Counted from the first letter of the stretch, positions 24,877 through 36,523 are shown. The stretch: 64,000 bases of DNA from Patescibacteria group bacterium (GCA_018818205.1 JAHISJ010000006.1:41817-105816); one strand, 5' to 3'. Notes: generated from the sequence alone by a model not told the origin. Made by a program: numbers and translations.

Positions 24877-26904
24877 TTATCTTTGATCTTCACTATAAAC
24901 GACTTTTTTCATTTCTTCTTCTACATCTTTTCCTCCGATTACTACTTGATCGCGTCCGGAAACCTTAGCTTTTTTAAGTGCAACGTTTGCTCTTTCAAAC
25001 ATTTTTTTGGTGGTTGGTTCATTTTTTTCATCTCTGTACCCCTTGATATCTGCAAGACCCATTGAAGCAGTTACTTTTTTTGTGGTTTCTTCATCTACAG
25101 AAAACTTTGTAGCACGCAATACCTCCATAAATCTCTCTTCAATACGTTCCTTGGCACGTTTTGCATCCATACCTGGCAGGAGAATAACAAATTCCTCACC
25201 ACCTTGTCTTCCGGGAGTACCGTTTACGTGGTGTCGTCTTCCGGAGCCTACCACATCTAAATCTCCGCGTTTTCTTCTTTGATCTTCGCCGTTAAATTCT
25301 CCTTCATCTGTCCTAAAAATTTCCTTAAGAATTCTTCCAAGTTGTCTTAATACTTTATCACCGACTTTATGACCATATGCGTCGTTTAAATCTTTAAAAT
25401 GGTCTAGGTCAAGAATAGCTATTGTTAGATTTTCTCCGCTTTTAGCTGTCTTGTAGAAGAGCTTGTGGAATTCTTTTCCGATAATCTCACGGTTTTTAAG
25501 TCCGGTAAGTGAATCGGTGTTTGCCTTTTCACCAAATATGTACGCTTCTACCTCGGCAAATTGAGCATATTGCCACCATATTTTTTCTGTTCCAGAAATA
25601 GCCATTTCATCATTTTGCAGTCTTTCTGAAATTTCTTTTTCCAATTTAGACACTTCCGGAAACTCTCCGTAATCAAGGGGGTCTTGAACCAGTTCAGCAA
25701 AATCTAGCAAGTCAGCCCCACTTAATGCGAGCTCTGGATTGGGTTCAATGTCTTTCTTTTTTTCGATTTGTTCCTTGATTTCAGTTGATGTAACAAAGGT
25801 TCGTGGTTCTTGAAATGTTTCAAACTCTCCAGATTCTCTTGCGGTTTTTAGGACGAGGTCTTCTTTTTTTCTTTTTGTAAGCTCCACTTTACGTCTTCTT
25901 TGTACATCATCCGAGTATATTCTTGAGCCATCACCAAATTCACGTTTACCATCTTCTGCTTCAAATCCATGTTTTTTAACGTCAACGGCGGCTTGTTCTG
26001 CTTCATCTAAAAGGTGTTCAGCATTGTCTTTGGGCGTCAAGTTTTCTTGGACACGTAGTACGGTAATGCCTGCGCTTGCAGTGACCCCAACACTGTCAAC
26101 TGTCTCTTCACCTTCGCTATTTAGTATTTTTTCGGTTGCAAAGATGTGTTTTGGAAGCTCTTTAACATTTTCAGTTTGTCTTTTTAGCGTGGTATCTATG
26201 GTTCTAATAGCTTCGAGTACTTGTTCCGCTCTATTTTGAAGCATACGTTCCAAATTTTCTTCAGCTTGTTTTTTTTCGTCTGGAGAAAAATCGTTTTCAG
26301 TAAAAATAAAGACGAGTTCCTCGCCTCTATCGTGCTTTCTTGCTGCCATACCGGTTCCCTCAAATGCTCTACAGATTTGTCCAACGTGTCTCAGCACATC
26401 ATCACCACCGCTATAACCATATACCTCGTTAAAGAGCTTGAACTTATCAATATCAATATGAATTGCACCCATCTTTGAGCCTTTTCTAATTTCAGAAATC
26501 ATGTATTCTCTAAGTGCGCCGTCTCGTTTAAGCTGGGTAAGGCCATCTACCGTAAGAGCAAACTGTTCAGCACGACCCTCCGCGCGGTTAACCGCAGCGA
26601 CTGCTTTTGCAATAGTTATTCTTTTTTCTATGGATTCTGAATCTTCCCCTGGAATAGTTTTTAAAAAAGCGCTACGGATTTCTCTGGCACTGCTTCCTTG
26701 TTCTTGTAGCGCGTTAAATTGTTCTAGGTGGTCAGTATTTTGTTCTTTGTCGAGCGTACGAATTGCGTCCTCTCTGTCCTCAATTTCTGCAAGTCGTTCA
26801 AGTTGTGTAACAACATGGACTTTGTGTAGCTCAGTAGGAGTTTCTACTTTCTCCATCTCAGAAATCGATTGAAACATTCTTTCTTTTTTTGAATTTTCAG
26901 CCAT
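24877..26904 (-). CDS. tandem GGDEF-domain protein: N-terminal degenerate GGDEF-like domain (RGEEL) + C-terminal diguanylate cyclase domain (GGEEF)
   Basis: 675 aa soluble protein; domain 1 ~aa130-300 with DIDKFKLFNEVYGYSGGDDVL...RGEELVFIF; domain 2 ~aa470-620 with DLDHFKDLNDAYGHKVGDKVL...RQGGEEFVILLPG and an R/K-rich insertion. Confidence 0.8.
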   Translation of the reverse strand: MAENSKKERMFQSISEMEKVETPTELHKVHVVTQLERLAEIEDREDAIRTLDKEQNTDHLEQFNALQEQGSSAREIRSAFLKTIPGEDSESIEKRITIAKAVAAVNRAEGRAEQFALTVDGLTQLKRDGALREYMISEIRKGSKMGAIHIDIDKFKLFNEVYGYSGGDDVLRHVGQICRAFEGTGMAARKHDRGEELVFIFTENDFSPDEKKQAEENLERMLQNRAEQVLEAIRTIDTTLKRQTENVKELPKHIFATEKILNSEGEETVDSVGVTASAGITVLRVQENLTPKDNAEHLLDEAEQAAVDVKKHGFEAEDGKREFGDGSRIYSDDVQRRRKVELTKRKKEDLVLKTARESGEFETFQEPRTFVTSTEIKEQIEKKKDIEPNPELALSGADLLDFAELVQDPLDYGEFPEVSKLEKEISERLQNDEMAISGTEKIWWQYAQFAEVEAYIFGEKANTDSLTGLKNREIIGKEFHKLFYKTAKSGENLTIAILDLDHFKDLNDAYGHKVGDKVLRQLGRILKEIFRTDEGEFNGEDQRRKRGDLDVVGSGRRHHVNGTPGRQGGEEFVILLPGMDAKRAKERIEERFMEVLRATKFSVDEETTKKVTASMGLADIKGYRDEKNEPTTKKMFERANVALKKAKVSGRDQVVIGGKDVEEEMKKVVYSEDQR

Positions 26905-26913
26905 AATTTTTTC

Positions 26914-29900
26914 TTACGTTACTTTTCCTCGTCCCACAAGCTCCTCAATCTCACTAATGACCTCTGGGCGAGGATCAATATTGATACTTGTGTGAAGGCG
27001 TTTCATTGCACCTTCAGGACTTTTTACGTTTAAAAATACTTTTTTATCGCCTGGGTAATTTGCCAGCGTAGTTTTAAGGGAGACAAAAAATTGCTTTGTT
27101 GCCTTATTTGGTACGGCGATTTCAATAAAATCCTTTATTTTCTTTTTTTGAGGAAGGTTTTGAGGTTTCTTTTTTTCCCATTTTTTGATGGTTTCATCAG
27201 AGAGGGGATACACTTTTTCTGCCAGGACTTTTATTTCACCGTCTTTATCATTGAGACGACCCTTAATAAGTACCAAGGAGTCTTCATTCCATATTTCAGG
27301 ATCTTTTTTTAGGATTGAGGGAAACACTAAGACTTCTGTTGAGCCGGTATGATCTTCAAGGGTTGCAAAGAGCATCGGTTCATTGCTTTTGGTAATAATT
27401 TTTTTTGTGCTAATAATGACGCCGCCAACCAAAGCCTTAGTATCTGATGCGCTGTTTTTAAGTTCAGTGCAGAGTGTTGTATGAGCGCTTAAAAAATCTT
27501 TATACTCATCAACCGGGTGCTCGCTTACGTACACGCCTAGAAGTTCCTTTTCCCAAGAGAGCCGATCTTTTTTTGAAGCTGTTTCGACTTGATCTAGCAT
27601 GAGATGGGGGAGAGCGGCTGACTTTTTAGTATTACCAAACAAATCCTTTTGGCCGGAAAGCGCATTCTTTTGTGCGTTTTTTGAAAAGGAAAGGAGCTTA
27701 TCCATAGAGGCGAGTACCTGGTTTCTCTCGGCAAGGCTATCAAATGCTCCTGACTTGGCAAATGCCTCAATCGATTTTTTATTTAAATCCTTACAGAGCA
27801 CGTGTGAAAGGAGTTCATCGAGTGATTTGAATCGACCCTCCTTTTTTCTAACGTTGATTATTTCTTTTATTGCTCCGTTACCGACATTCTTTATTGCTGA
27901 GAGCCCAAATCGAATAATTGGTTTGTCGTCAGTGTTTTTAACAACAGTAAAATTTGCAAAACTTTCATTGATGTCCGGGGGAAGCACTGTAATACCCATT
28001 TGTTCACATTCAGCAATCTCGATTGCAACGCGGTCAGTGTTTTGTTGGTCGGCGGTGAGCAGTGCAGCCATAAAATCAACGGGGTAATGTGCCTTAAGAT
28101 ATGCCGTTTGATAGCCAATAAGTGCGTAGCATGCAGCGTGACTTCTGTTAAAGCCGTAGCCGGCAAACGGCTCAATAAACTCAAATATTTTCTTTGCAAT
28201 GCTTATCTTTACGCCATTTTTCTTGCATCCCTTGATAAAGTTTTGTTTCTGTTCCATGAGCAGTGACTTGATTTTTTTGCCCACTGCTTTTCTTAGCAGG
28301 TCAGCTTCACCAAGTGAGAACCCGGCAAGTTCCTGTGCAATCTTCATGACTTGTTCTTGATAGATTGCAACACCGTACGTTTTTTCTAAAATAGGTTTTA
28401 GTTTAGGGTGGATGTAGTTTGCCTCTTTTTTGCCGTGCTTTCCAGCGATGTAATCTGGAATCCACTCCATAGGTCCAGGCCGGTACAGAGAGACCATAGC
28501 AATAATATCTTCAAATTCAGTAGGCCTCAGCATTTTGAGATAGCGTTTCATTCCCGATGATTCCAACTGAAATACTCCGGTTGTTTGTCCTTTTTGGAGA
28601 AGCTCGAACGTTTTTTTGTCATCAAAGTCAGTTTTGGGAATCGCAACTTTTTTCCCGTGGATTTTCTCAATAAGCTCGAGCGTGTTTTGAATGATAGTGA
28701 GGTTTTTAAGTCCCAAAAAATCCATTTTAAGGAGGCCAAGAGACTCAAGGATTTGCCCGGGGTACTGAGTGACAATACTCTCTTTGTCTTGAGTCGACAG
28801 CTGAAGTGGGACGTAGTTTGTCAGTTTTTGTTTGGTGATTACGACGCCACAGGCATGGGTGGATGCATGGCGGGCTGCTCCCTCAAGCTTCTTTGCCGCA
28901 TCTACCATGCGTTTGGCTTGTGGATCACCGTCGTACAGTTCTTTGAGTTCAGAGTTTATATCCAGTGCTTGCTCAAGCGAGCGGAACTGAGGAATCATCT
29001 TTGCAATGCGATCACAATAGTCATACGGGTAGCCAAGGACGCGACCAACATCGCGAATGGCAGCGCGTGCTGCCATGGTTCCAAACGTAATTATCTGAGC
29101 CACGTTATTATGGCCATATTTTTCTGTGACATACGAAATAACTTCATCGCGACGGGTATCAGCAAAATCTAAGTCGATATCAGGCATACTCACACGTGCC
29201 GGATTTAGAAACCTTTCAAAGAGAAGGTCATATTTGAGTGGATCTATATCGGTAATATTGGTCAGGTATGATACCAAGCTTCCTGCAGCGCTACCTCTTC
29301 CGGGACCAACAATAATCCCTTTGTTTTTAGCGAAATTTACAAAATCCTGCACAATGAGGAAGTACGTAGCATAGCCGGTTTTTTTAATGATCGAGAGTTC
29401 ATAGTCGATTCTATCATTAATTTCTTTACTGTTTTCTGGATCGTTACCATATCTGTCTTCAATTCCTTTTTTGCATAGCTCTTTTAAATAATCGTTTGCA
29501 TCCTTTTTCTTTGGGACTGCATAAGCGGGGAGAATAGGTTTCCCGAGTTCAAGCTCAAGGTCACACTTGTCTGCAATTTCTACGGAATGGGTAAGTACTT
29601 CCGGATTATCTTTAAAGACGTCAAGCATTGCGTCGGTCGTTTTGATAGAGTAATCATCACCAATCATAGATAGTCGGTCTTTTTCATCGATTGTTTTTTG
29701 TGTTTGTATGCAGCACAGAATATCTTGAAATTGATCATCATTTGGAGCGAGGTAGTGCGTGTCGTTTGTAGCAACGGTGTTTAGGCCATATTTTGAGGCA
29801 ATACTAAACATACCTTCATTAACTTGTCCTTGCTTGTCAATGCTGGGGTGATGCTGAACTTCCAGGTAAAAGTTCTCTTCGCCAAAAAGTGACGTGTATC

Positions 29901-30381
29901 TCTTAATAACGTCATCAATCTCTTTTTTATTCTCTTTTAATATGGCTTGTGGCAGGTGACCTTGGATGCAAGCAGTTGAGGCAATGAGGCCGGAAGAATG
30001 TTTCTTAAGCAGCTCATAATCAATTCGAGGTTTGTAATAAAACCCCTCAGTATGTGCTCTAGTGGTAAGTTCAAGGAGATTTTTGTATCCCTCTTCGTTT
30101 TTTGCGAGCAAGATGAGATGGTAGGGGGAGACGTCTATTCGTGCGCGTTTGTTTTTTCTGCCATTTTTGGCAATATACATCTCACAGCCAATGATAGGCT
30201 TTATCCCTGCTGCTTTTGCTTTTTGATAAAATTCCACCGCACCATACATGACGCCATGATCAGTAAGGGCAATAGCCTTCATATTAAGCTCTTTTGCGCG
30301 TGCGATAATATCATCAATTTTGGGGAGCCCGTCAAGGAGACTATAGTGGCTATGGACGTGGAGATGGACAAAATCAGACAT
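26914..30381 (-). CDS. dnaE: DNA polymerase III subunit alpha
   Basis: 1155 aa; N-terminal PHP domain ([13 protein letters not shown]), polymerase core, OB fold. Confidence 0.95.
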   Translation of the reverse strand: MSDFVHLHVHSHYSLLDGLPKIDDIIARAKELNMKAIALTDHGVMYGAVEFYQKAKAAGIKPIIGCEMYIAKNGRKNKRARIDVSPYHLILLAKNEEGYKNLLELTTRAHTEGFYYKPRIDYELLKKHSSGLIASTACIQGHLPQAILKENKKEIDDVIKRYTSLFGEENFYLEVQHHPSIDKQGQVNEGMFSIASKYGLNTVATNDTHYLAPNDDQFQDILCCIQTQKTIDEKDRLSMIGDDYSIKTTDAMLDVFKDNPEVLTHSVEIADKCDLELELGKPILPAYAVPKKKDANDYLKELCKKGIEDRYGNDPENSKEINDRIDYELSIIKKTGYATYFLIVQDFVNFAKNKGIIVGPGRGSAAGSLVSYLTNITDIDPLKYDLLFERFLNPARVSMPDIDLDFADTRRDEVISYVTEKYGHNNVAQIITFGTMAARAAIRDVGRVLGYPYDYCDRIAKMIPQFRSLEQALDINSELKELYDGDPQAKRMVDAAKKLEGAARHASTHACGVVITKQKLTNYVPLQLSTQDKESIVTQYPGQILESLGLLKMDFLGLKNLTIIQNTLELIEKIHGKKVAIPKTDFDDKKTFELLQKGQTTGVFQLESSGMKRYLKMLRPTEFEDIIAMVSLYRPGPMEWIPDYIAGKHGKKEANYIHPKLKPILEKTYGVAIYQEQVMKIAQELAGFSLGEADLLRKAVGKKIKSLLMEQKQNFIKGCKKNGVKISIAKKIFEFIEPFAGYGFNRSHAACYALIGYQTAYLKAHYPVDFMAALLTADQQNTDRVAIEIAECEQMGITVLPPDINESFANFTVVKNTDDKPIIRFGLSAIKNVGNGAIKEIINVRKKEGRFKSLDELLSHVLCKDLNKKSIEAFAKSGAFDSLAERNQVLASMDKLLSFSKNAQKNALSGQKDLFGNTKKSAALPHLMLDQVETASKKDRLSWEKELLGVYVSEHPVDEYKDFLSAHTTLCTELKNSASDTKALVGGVIISTKKIITKSNEPMLFATLEDHTGSTEVLVFPSILKKDPEIWNEDSLVLIKGRLNDKDGEIKVLAEKVYPLSDETIKKWEKKKPQNLPQKKKIKDFIEIAVPNKATKQFFVSLKTTLANYPGDKKVFLNVKSPEGAMKRLHTSINIDPRPEVISEIEELVGRGKVT

Positions 30382-30383
30382 TG

Positions 30384-31052
30384 CTACTTGGTGTTAGAGT
30401 TGTCAGAGGAAAAAGAGCTTTCGGTGCTGGCTATTACTTTTTTCCTTCTTTTTTCAAAATAGAAAAAGGTACTTAAAATAATGGTGAGAACTCCGGCAAC
30501 CAACAGAAAGGTAAAGAGTATCCACGAGAAGAGGAAGTGGGAGACAGAAACAAGACCTGACACCGCTTTTTTCCCGACTTGTGTTGAATCAAGAATGTAG
30601 ACTAGGAGGAAAAAGGCAAAAAAACCGATAATAAGACGAGTCATTGTTTTTTTGAACTTTCCTTTGCTCTTTTCTACACGCGCAATAACTTTGTTTTTGA
30701 GTGATGCATGCGCATGCTTTTCTGTCTCAGTGAGTGATCTGATTGCATCCATGTAGACGCGAAGTACCTCTTCTGCTTCTTTTTCTGATATTTCTGCGTT
30801 AAGATCGTTTTTGAGTTTTGACGTTACACGTCGAGCAATGATAAGCTCTTTTACATTATCCATTACTCCCGATGCAGCACGGACTTTCTCAGTTGTTTTT
30901 TTCCCCGTATAACCGAGTTTTTCTAAAAGAGCGTCGAGTACTTTATCGGTTTCTATGACAGCCATAGCTGAACCAGCGGGCGTTTTCTCGTTTAAATACG
31001 CTTGCACTGTATCCCAATCGAGTTTTTCTGCATTGATTTTTTTCTCTTTCAT
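30384..31052 (-). CDS. hypothetical protein, soluble N-terminal helical domain + two C-terminal TM helices
   Basis: 222 aa; 2-nt gap to dnaE start (co-transcribed); N-terminal ~130 aa helical domain, then [11 protein letters not shown] / [18 protein letters not shown] pair. Confidence 0.45.
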   Translation of the reverse strand: MKEKKINAEKLDWDTVQAYLNEKTPAGSAMAVIETDKVLDALLEKLGYTGKKTTEKVRAASGVMDNVKELIIARRVTSKLKNDLNAEISEKEAEEVLRVYMDAIRSLTETEKHAHASLKNKVIARVEKSKGKFKKTMTRLIIGFFAFFLLVYILDSTQVGKKAVSGLVSVSHFLFSWILFTFLLVAGVLTIILSTFFYFEKRRKKVIASTESSFSSDNSNTK

Positions 31053-31136
31053 GTGTGTCTCATTTCATTAGTGTCATCTTTCATTTTACCGCACTTACGT
31101 GGGGAGATGCAAGTGTGATAATCTCTGCCTTTTTGA

Positions 31137-31178
31137 ATAAAAAAACCTACTTCTTTGGCTTTACGAAGTAGGTTTTTT
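31137..31178. terminator. bidirectional intrinsic terminator (A-run, CCTACTTC-loop-GAAGTAGG, T-run)
   Basis: perfect 8-bp stem flanked by A7 and T6. Confidence 0.65.
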
Positions 31179-31201
31179 AGAAAATTATTTGGGAGATCTT
31201 T

Positions 31202-31480
31202 TTAGTTCTTCTTAAATGCCTTCTTTGCTTTATACGCTTTATCTCGAGCTTCTTCAACACTTTCATCAATTTTTTCCTTGAAAAGACCTGCTTTTTCCAT
31301 TGCTTCCTTTTTTGCAAGATGACCTTTTATTTTTGCCTCGTCAGCTTTTTGCTTGAGTTGTTTTCTTGTCTTATCACCGCTTTGTGGTGCATAGAGAAGT
31401 GCAATTCCGGCTCCAAGCAGTCCTCCTACAAGAAAACCTGCAAAGAATCCTTTTGGTGACATACAACTGTTGTTTGACAT
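31202..31480 (-). CDS. YtxH-like small membrane/stress protein
   Basis: 92 aa; GFLVGGLLGAGIALLYAPQSGDKTRKQLKQK matches YtxH-family N-terminal motif (GxxxGxxxALLxAPxSGxxTR). Confidence 0.55.
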   Translation of the reverse strand: MSNNSCMSPKGFFAGFLVGGLLGAGIALLYAPQSGDKTRKQLKQKADEAKIKGHLAKKEAMEKAGLFKEKIDESVEEARDKAYKAKKAFKKN

Positions 31481-31491
31481 ATACTCTATAA

Positions 31492-31824
31492 TTATTTTTT
31501 CTTTTTATTAAATAAATCCATACCTTCTTTAATATTTGATGCCGTTTGCTTGATACCTTTTACTACACCTGCAAGCGATGCAATCGGCTTTAGAACATTT
31601 TCATTTATTGTCTGTACGCTTTTATTGATGTCGGTTAGTGTGGTGACTGTTTCATCTACCACCGGGTCCACACGTTTGAGCTTGCCATTAACATCCTCGA
31701 GAGTTTTTTGTGATTCTTGTACTGTTTTAGTAAGGGCATAAATAAAATAGCACAAAAAACCGGTAAACGCGAGAAGTGCTAATGAACCGCACAAATAAAG
31801 GACATCTGAACTTGTTTGTAGCAT
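31492..31824 (-). CDS. DUF948-like membrane protein
   Basis: 110 aa; N-terminal TM then coiled region, architecture of DUF948 (YtxG-like) proteins that commonly pair with YtxH. Confidence 0.45.
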   Translation of the reverse strand: MLQTSSDVLYLCGSLALLAFTGFLCYFIYALTKTVQESQKTLEDVNGKLKRVDPVVDETVTTLTDINKSVQTINENVLKPIASLAGVVKGIKQTASNIKEGMDLFNKKKK

Positions 31825-31926
31825 TTTCTTTTTATTTAAAATGACTTAATCGCTACGTTCATTGTATCATATTATTTCCACTTTGTCAAAGGAGAAATCC
31901 TGTGGTATATTGTAATCGATTAATAA

Positions 31927-32826
31927 TTGACACACATGCCATTTGGAATTGGGAAGAAGCCCGAGGAGCCGCTTTCTCCGCTTGATCAGAGGAAGAAGCA
32001 GGTAGAGGCCAAGGAGCAAGATATAGACAAAGAGTATGATCGAAAGCTCTTTATTGTGAAATATAAGAGACCTTTTATCTATGGTGCTATCGCTGTTATT
32101 TTGGGTATAGTGCTTACTATTGGTATTATAAATGGTGCTAAATACATTGAATCTTTTTTCCCTGAAGAGGATACGACTCCTATTGTAGAGGAGGAGAAGC
32201 CTTCTGCTGATTTTAAGATTACGTCAAAGGATGTGACGATTATTTCAGAAACTGATGATTCCTATGATGTATTTATGCGTCTTGTCAATACCGATCCGGT
32301 GTGGGGGGTAAGTAAGCTAGCATATACGGTCGTACTTAAAGATGCTGCGGGACAGGAAGTTGGGAGAAAAAGTGGAACTACATACAGTGCGCCTCGATCT
32401 ACGAGGACGCTTGCGGTGCTTGGCGTTGATGTTGCTGCAGAACCTGCTTCGATAGAGGTGCTTTTAGACCCGGTGATGGTCCAAAAGCTCAAAGATTTTG
32501 GTTCGATTCAGCTGACGCTTAAAAATGTTAGATACGAAGATTTTAGAGGGAGGGGGAGAGTAACGGGAACATTGGTAAACGATTCGCCGTTTAGTTTTAA
32601 TCAGGTTGACTTAGATGTGGTACTTTTTAATAAGCAGCAAGAGATAGTTGGTATTAATCATACCAACGTGAATGCGATACGTTCTGGTGAAGAGCGCGAT
32701 TTTGTGGTGACATGGCCGGATTATTTAGGCGAGTCAACTCAGGCTATTGTTGAGCCAAGTGTTGACGTATTTTCGTCTTCGGCGTTTATGAACGAATATC
32801 AAGAGGGGCAGGAACTCAGTTATTAA
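31927..32826 (+). CDS. hypothetical membrane-anchored protein
   Basis: 299 aa; one TM (FIYGAIAVILGIVLTIGII), beta-rich extracytoplasmic domain; immediately upstream of ftsW/rodA homolog. Confidence 0.45.
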   Translation: MTHMPFGIGKKPEEPLSPLDQRKKQVEAKEQDIDKEYDRKLFIVKYKRPFIYGAIAVILGIVLTIGIINGAKYIESFFPEEDTTPIVEEEKPSADFKITSKDVTIISETDDSYDVFMRLVNTDPVWGVSKLAYTVVLKDAAGQEVGRKSGTTYSAPRSTRTLAVLGVDVAAEPASIEVLLDPVMVQKLKDFGSIQLTLKNVRYEDFRGRGRVTGTLVNDSPFSFNQVDLDVVLFNKQQEIVGINHTNVNAIRSGEERDFVVTWPDYLGESTQAIVEPSVDVFSSSAFMNEYQEGQELSY

Positions 32827-32836
32827 GAGATAACGT

Positions 32837-33955
32837 ATGAGACGATTTTTTGAGATTATTAAAAATATGGATTGGCTGCTATTTGCAACCGTCTGTATTT
32901 TGGTAATTTTAGGTCTTGTACTGATATACTCTACAACAACAACTGAGGAAGCTCGGTGGAGCACTGAGTTTATTAAGCAGCTTGTAGCGTTTGGGATAGG
33001 CGTCATTTTAATCTTTGTTCTCGCTATTGTTGATTACAATACGTTTAAAAACTATGCATATGTGTTATATGCATTTTTAATTATTCTTTTAATTGCTGTG
33101 CTGTTCTTAGGCCAAGAAGTACGGGGGACGCGTGGTTGGTTTGATCTTGGGATTTTTCAGTTTCAGCCTTCTGAGCTTGGGAAAGTAATTTTGCTTATTA
33201 TCTTGTCTCGGTATTTTGCAAGTGTTTCCGGACGGGTGAGTCGGTTTCAGTTTGTTCTTGTTTCTGGTTTGATTACTGCAATTCCTTTTACCCTGGTGAT
33301 GTTTCAGCCCGATCTTGGGTCGGCCCTTGTGTATATTGCCATTTGGATTGGGCTTTTACTTTTTTCTGGAATTAAGAAAATTTATGCTTTTTTTCTCTTT
33401 GTCAGCGGTGCGGCACTCACAGTCTTTGCATGGCTCTTTTTTTTAAAAGACTATCAAAAGCAGCGCATCATCAGTTTTTTAAATCCAGCGTCTGATCCGC
33501 TTGGAGCAGGGTATAATATTATTCAGTCGAAAATTGCGGTTGGATCTGGTGGGTTTTTTGGACAGGGGCTTGGCCATGGTACGCAAAGTCAGCTCAGGTT
33601 CTTGCCGGAGCGTCACACAGATTTTATTTTTGCTGTGCTTACGGAAGAGCTTGGCTTTCTTGGGGGTATTATTATGCTTCTTGTCTTCTTTGTCATCTTT
33701 TGGCGTATTATTAGTATTGGAAGGCATTCACGCGACGAGTTTGGTATTATGCTTGTAATTGGTGCCGTCGTTATGTTTGTTTTTCAGATTTTTGTAAATA
33801 TTGGTATGAACCTGGGTATTATGCCTATAACCGGTATTCCACTTGTCCTAGTGAGCTATGGAGGAAGTGCGTTGGTTATGACGCTTATTGTTATTGGGAT
33901 TATTCAGAGTATTAAGGTGAGAGGCAGGAAAGACCAGGAACATATTGTTGAATAA
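32837..33955 (+). CDS. SEDS-family peptidoglycan glycosyltransferase (FtsW/RodA/SpoVE)
   Basis: 372 aa, ~10 TM; SKIAVGSGGFFGQGLGHGTQSQLRFLPERHTDFIFAVLTEELGFLGG signature. Confidence 0.85.
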   Translation: MRRFFEIIKNMDWLLFATVCILVILGLVLIYSTTTTEEARWSTEFIKQLVAFGIGVILIFVLAIVDYNTFKNYAYVLYAFLIILLIAVLFLGQEVRGTRGWFDLGIFQFQPSELGKVILLIILSRYFASVSGRVSRFQFVLVSGLITAIPFTLVMFQPDLGSALVYIAIWIGLLLFSGIKKIYAFFLFVSGAALTVFAWLFFLKDYQKQRIISFLNPASDPLGAGYNIIQSKIAVGSGGFFGQGLGHGTQSQLRFLPERHTDFIFAVLTEELGFLGGIIMLLVFFVIFWRIISIGRHSRDEFGIMLVIGAVVMFVFQIFVNIGMNLGIMPITGIPLVLVSYGGSALVMTLIVIGIIQSIKVRGRKDQEHIVE

Positions 33956-33993
33956 AAAAAGGCCACGCTTTCCTAAGGGAGAGGTGGCTTTTG
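33953..33993. terminator. bidirectional terminator (A-run GGCCAC...GTGGC T-run)
   Basis: hairpin between convergent genes. Confidence 0.5.
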
Positions 33994-34023
33994 TAATGTT
34001 GGCGTTTTTAAACATTTGTTGAA

Positions 34024-34599
34024 CTACTCTTCTGCAAGATAACTCGCGAGTGCAGAAGCGAGGTTTCTTAATGCTGTAAGTTCAAACGGTGAAATAGAAA
34101 ATGTTCCTTTTTGATGTTGTAAGAATCCTGCCATAAGCACTTCAACAGCAATGTGGTATGCGTCTCCTGCTTGAATAGTGCTTTTCAGCACTGTCTCAGC
34201 ACCTTCAATAGCGGTTTTAAGCCCAAGCTTAGATAACAATGAATGTAATGTTTCGCCCGGTTTGTTGTTTCCGAATTTAGAGAGCTCAACAAGCATGGCA
34301 ATGCCTAACCAAAACGGTAAGCAGTGGAAGATTGTGATAAAAAGGATTCGTTCTTGGTCAATTGTTTTGAGTGACGCAATTTTTTCTGAGCCCAAATACT
34401 TACTAGGATACAATGCGTGTTTGCAATTTGGAAAACATTGAACAATAGAAAATGGTCTACCTTCTGGCCTGGAATGCCAGATAATACCTTCAGAATTTTC
34501 TACGCCGTAGCCCACGATATCGGGGTTGCAATTTTGAACAAAAGGGAGATGAATCGTGGCAAGAGCGCTCTCTACGAGCGCGCGAGGGTTTTTGCACAT
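34024..34599 (-). CDS. hypothetical protein
   Basis: 191 aa ORF, Cys/His-containing, no recognised family. Confidence 0.4.
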   Translation of the reverse strand: MCKNPRALVESALATIHLPFVQNCNPDIVGYGVENSEGIIWHSRPEGRPFSIVQCFPNCKHALYPSKYLGSEKIASLKTIDQERILFITIFHCLPFWLGIAMLVELSKFGNNKPGETLHSLLSKLGLKTAIEGAETVLKSTIQAGDAYHIAVEVLMAGFLQHQKGTFSISPFELTALRNLASALASYLAEE

Positions 34600-34678
34600 T
34601 TTGGTCCTCCTGTGTGAAAAAAATCTACTACTATTAGCGGGTTATTATATGTGAAGGGTGGCTATTTGTCAATGTCCT

Positions 34679-36333
34679 TCAATCTACCTCATATACCCAC
34701 ACCAATTCATCTTCATAAACTCTTTTTAGTCCAAACGTTTCAACTATTTCAGCATCCATCCCATTTTCCAACACAACATATTTAACGTCCATATCCCTAA
34801 GAATTTCTTGTGCAATAAAAGCATCTGGGGTAGATACAGTAATTTCTTTTTTCCCGGTGAGCTCAGCAATAACTGGAGTAGCGTTTAAAAACGCTTGTGA
34901 CATGGTGGTTTTTCTTGATATGTATCCATCTACCATTTTTTTGCCATGAATCGTCTGAAAGTAGAGTGGCTTAGTGTAGTTTTCATGCAGATCAATAATG
35001 GCAAAGTCTCCTGGCTCTTTTGCAAGATCGTAGTAAAAAGACGAGACGGGATAGTGCGTTACGGTAAACGGGAATGCGGCAAGTTCAAGTACTAAAAATG
35101 TGCTTACGATTGTCATGAGAATGAGTCTTTTTCTTATATTTTTTGATCTTTTCAGCAAATAAGTAAGTCCTATGGCCGCAAGGATACTGATGCAAAAGAT
35201 CACCAAAGCAGTGAATCTTGTTGGAACGCCTGTAAGGGAAAATCCGGGGATATGTTTATACAAAAGTATATATGGAAGAGGAATAATAGAAATCGCACCA
35301 GCAAAATGCACGTGTGGCCCAAGTGCTAAAATGCCAAAAATAATAGTTGCACCTGCCAGAAAACGTACGAGCATCTTTTTTCTGTATTTCCACACAGCAA
35401 CTCCGGCAAAAAATAATGCTCCGTATCCTATATAGTTATTATTTTCTGATGCGTTTCCAATAAAATGCTTGGTAAGATTTTGAAAGAATGTGCCAATGGT
35501 TTGTATTTGGCTGGGCACAAAGAAGCTGAGTACGTCTGCTGACCATTCTTCTGGGTTTCTTTCTGCCACAAACTCGTGTGAAACAAGAGCACTTCCAATA
35601 TAGGCAATAAGTGGAGCAAGTACTACTAGACTTATTGCTATAATCGGAACACTATCTCTTATATAGGTAACCGTTTTGTGTCGACTTTTAAGCGAAAGAT
35701 ATATAAAAATTAATGCTGAAAGAAAAACAAGAAATGCTGCGTAGTATATTGATGATAGGGCAGTGAGTATAAAAAAGAGTGCTGCATGCCCCGCGTTTTT
35801 AAACGAGTATGCTTTAAACGTTTTAGGAGGTAAAGCACAAAAAGTGGCATCCACCCAAGAGAAATAAGATTCATATGACCGAGTCCATGGCCAAGGTGGT
35901 AGGGAGAAAAGGCAAAAATACACCCGGCAACAAAAGCTGCAAATCGATTTTTAGTGAGATAAAAGGCAAGAAGGTACATACTAAAGCCGCTCAAGGCAAA
36001 GTTAGCAAGAAAAACCACATTGTAGGACTCAGTAAAACTTATTACGTATGAAAGCAGCGCGCCAATAACACTATTTAATGGGGAGAGGGTGTGAAGCGCC
36101 AATGTGGTCCCATGTGGGTGGTGTAAAAGGTCAGTATAGTAAGGATTTTGAGCCTTTTCTAGCACAGTCGTTTTTACCCAGTAAATATTCCAAACGTTTT
36201 GCCAGGCGTCACCTTTGTTTCCGGCAACATGTGTGTTGAAGTTCAAAATGACTGAGTAAAACTGGATGCATGTAAGTACTACAAAGAGGAGTAGGATAAA
36301 GAAGTGCTTACTTGTTATGCGGTCTGGTTTCAT
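34679..36333 (-). pseudogene. large polytopic membrane protein (GT-C/YfhO-like architecture) split by a frameshift into 35710..36333 and 34679..35923
   Basis: two same-strand ORFs overlapping by 214 nt in different frames, both encoding multi-TM segments; ORF2 only has a GTG start with no RBS; both frames open across 35710-35950; A6 homopolymer at 35771-35776. Confidence 0.5.
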
Positions 36334-36523
36334 TTAAGACAAATTAAAATCCAAGAAAATCTTATAAACTAATAATGCTAACATATTGTTGCAAAACAAA
36401 AAATAAAGTTTTTTGATTTCAAAATAAGGGAAAAAGGTGCTTGACTTGAAGTTGAAGATATGACATTAATGCTGTAACTTAGAAGATTTCTGAGTTTTGC
36501 TGTACTTTTTAAGGAGGAAAAAG

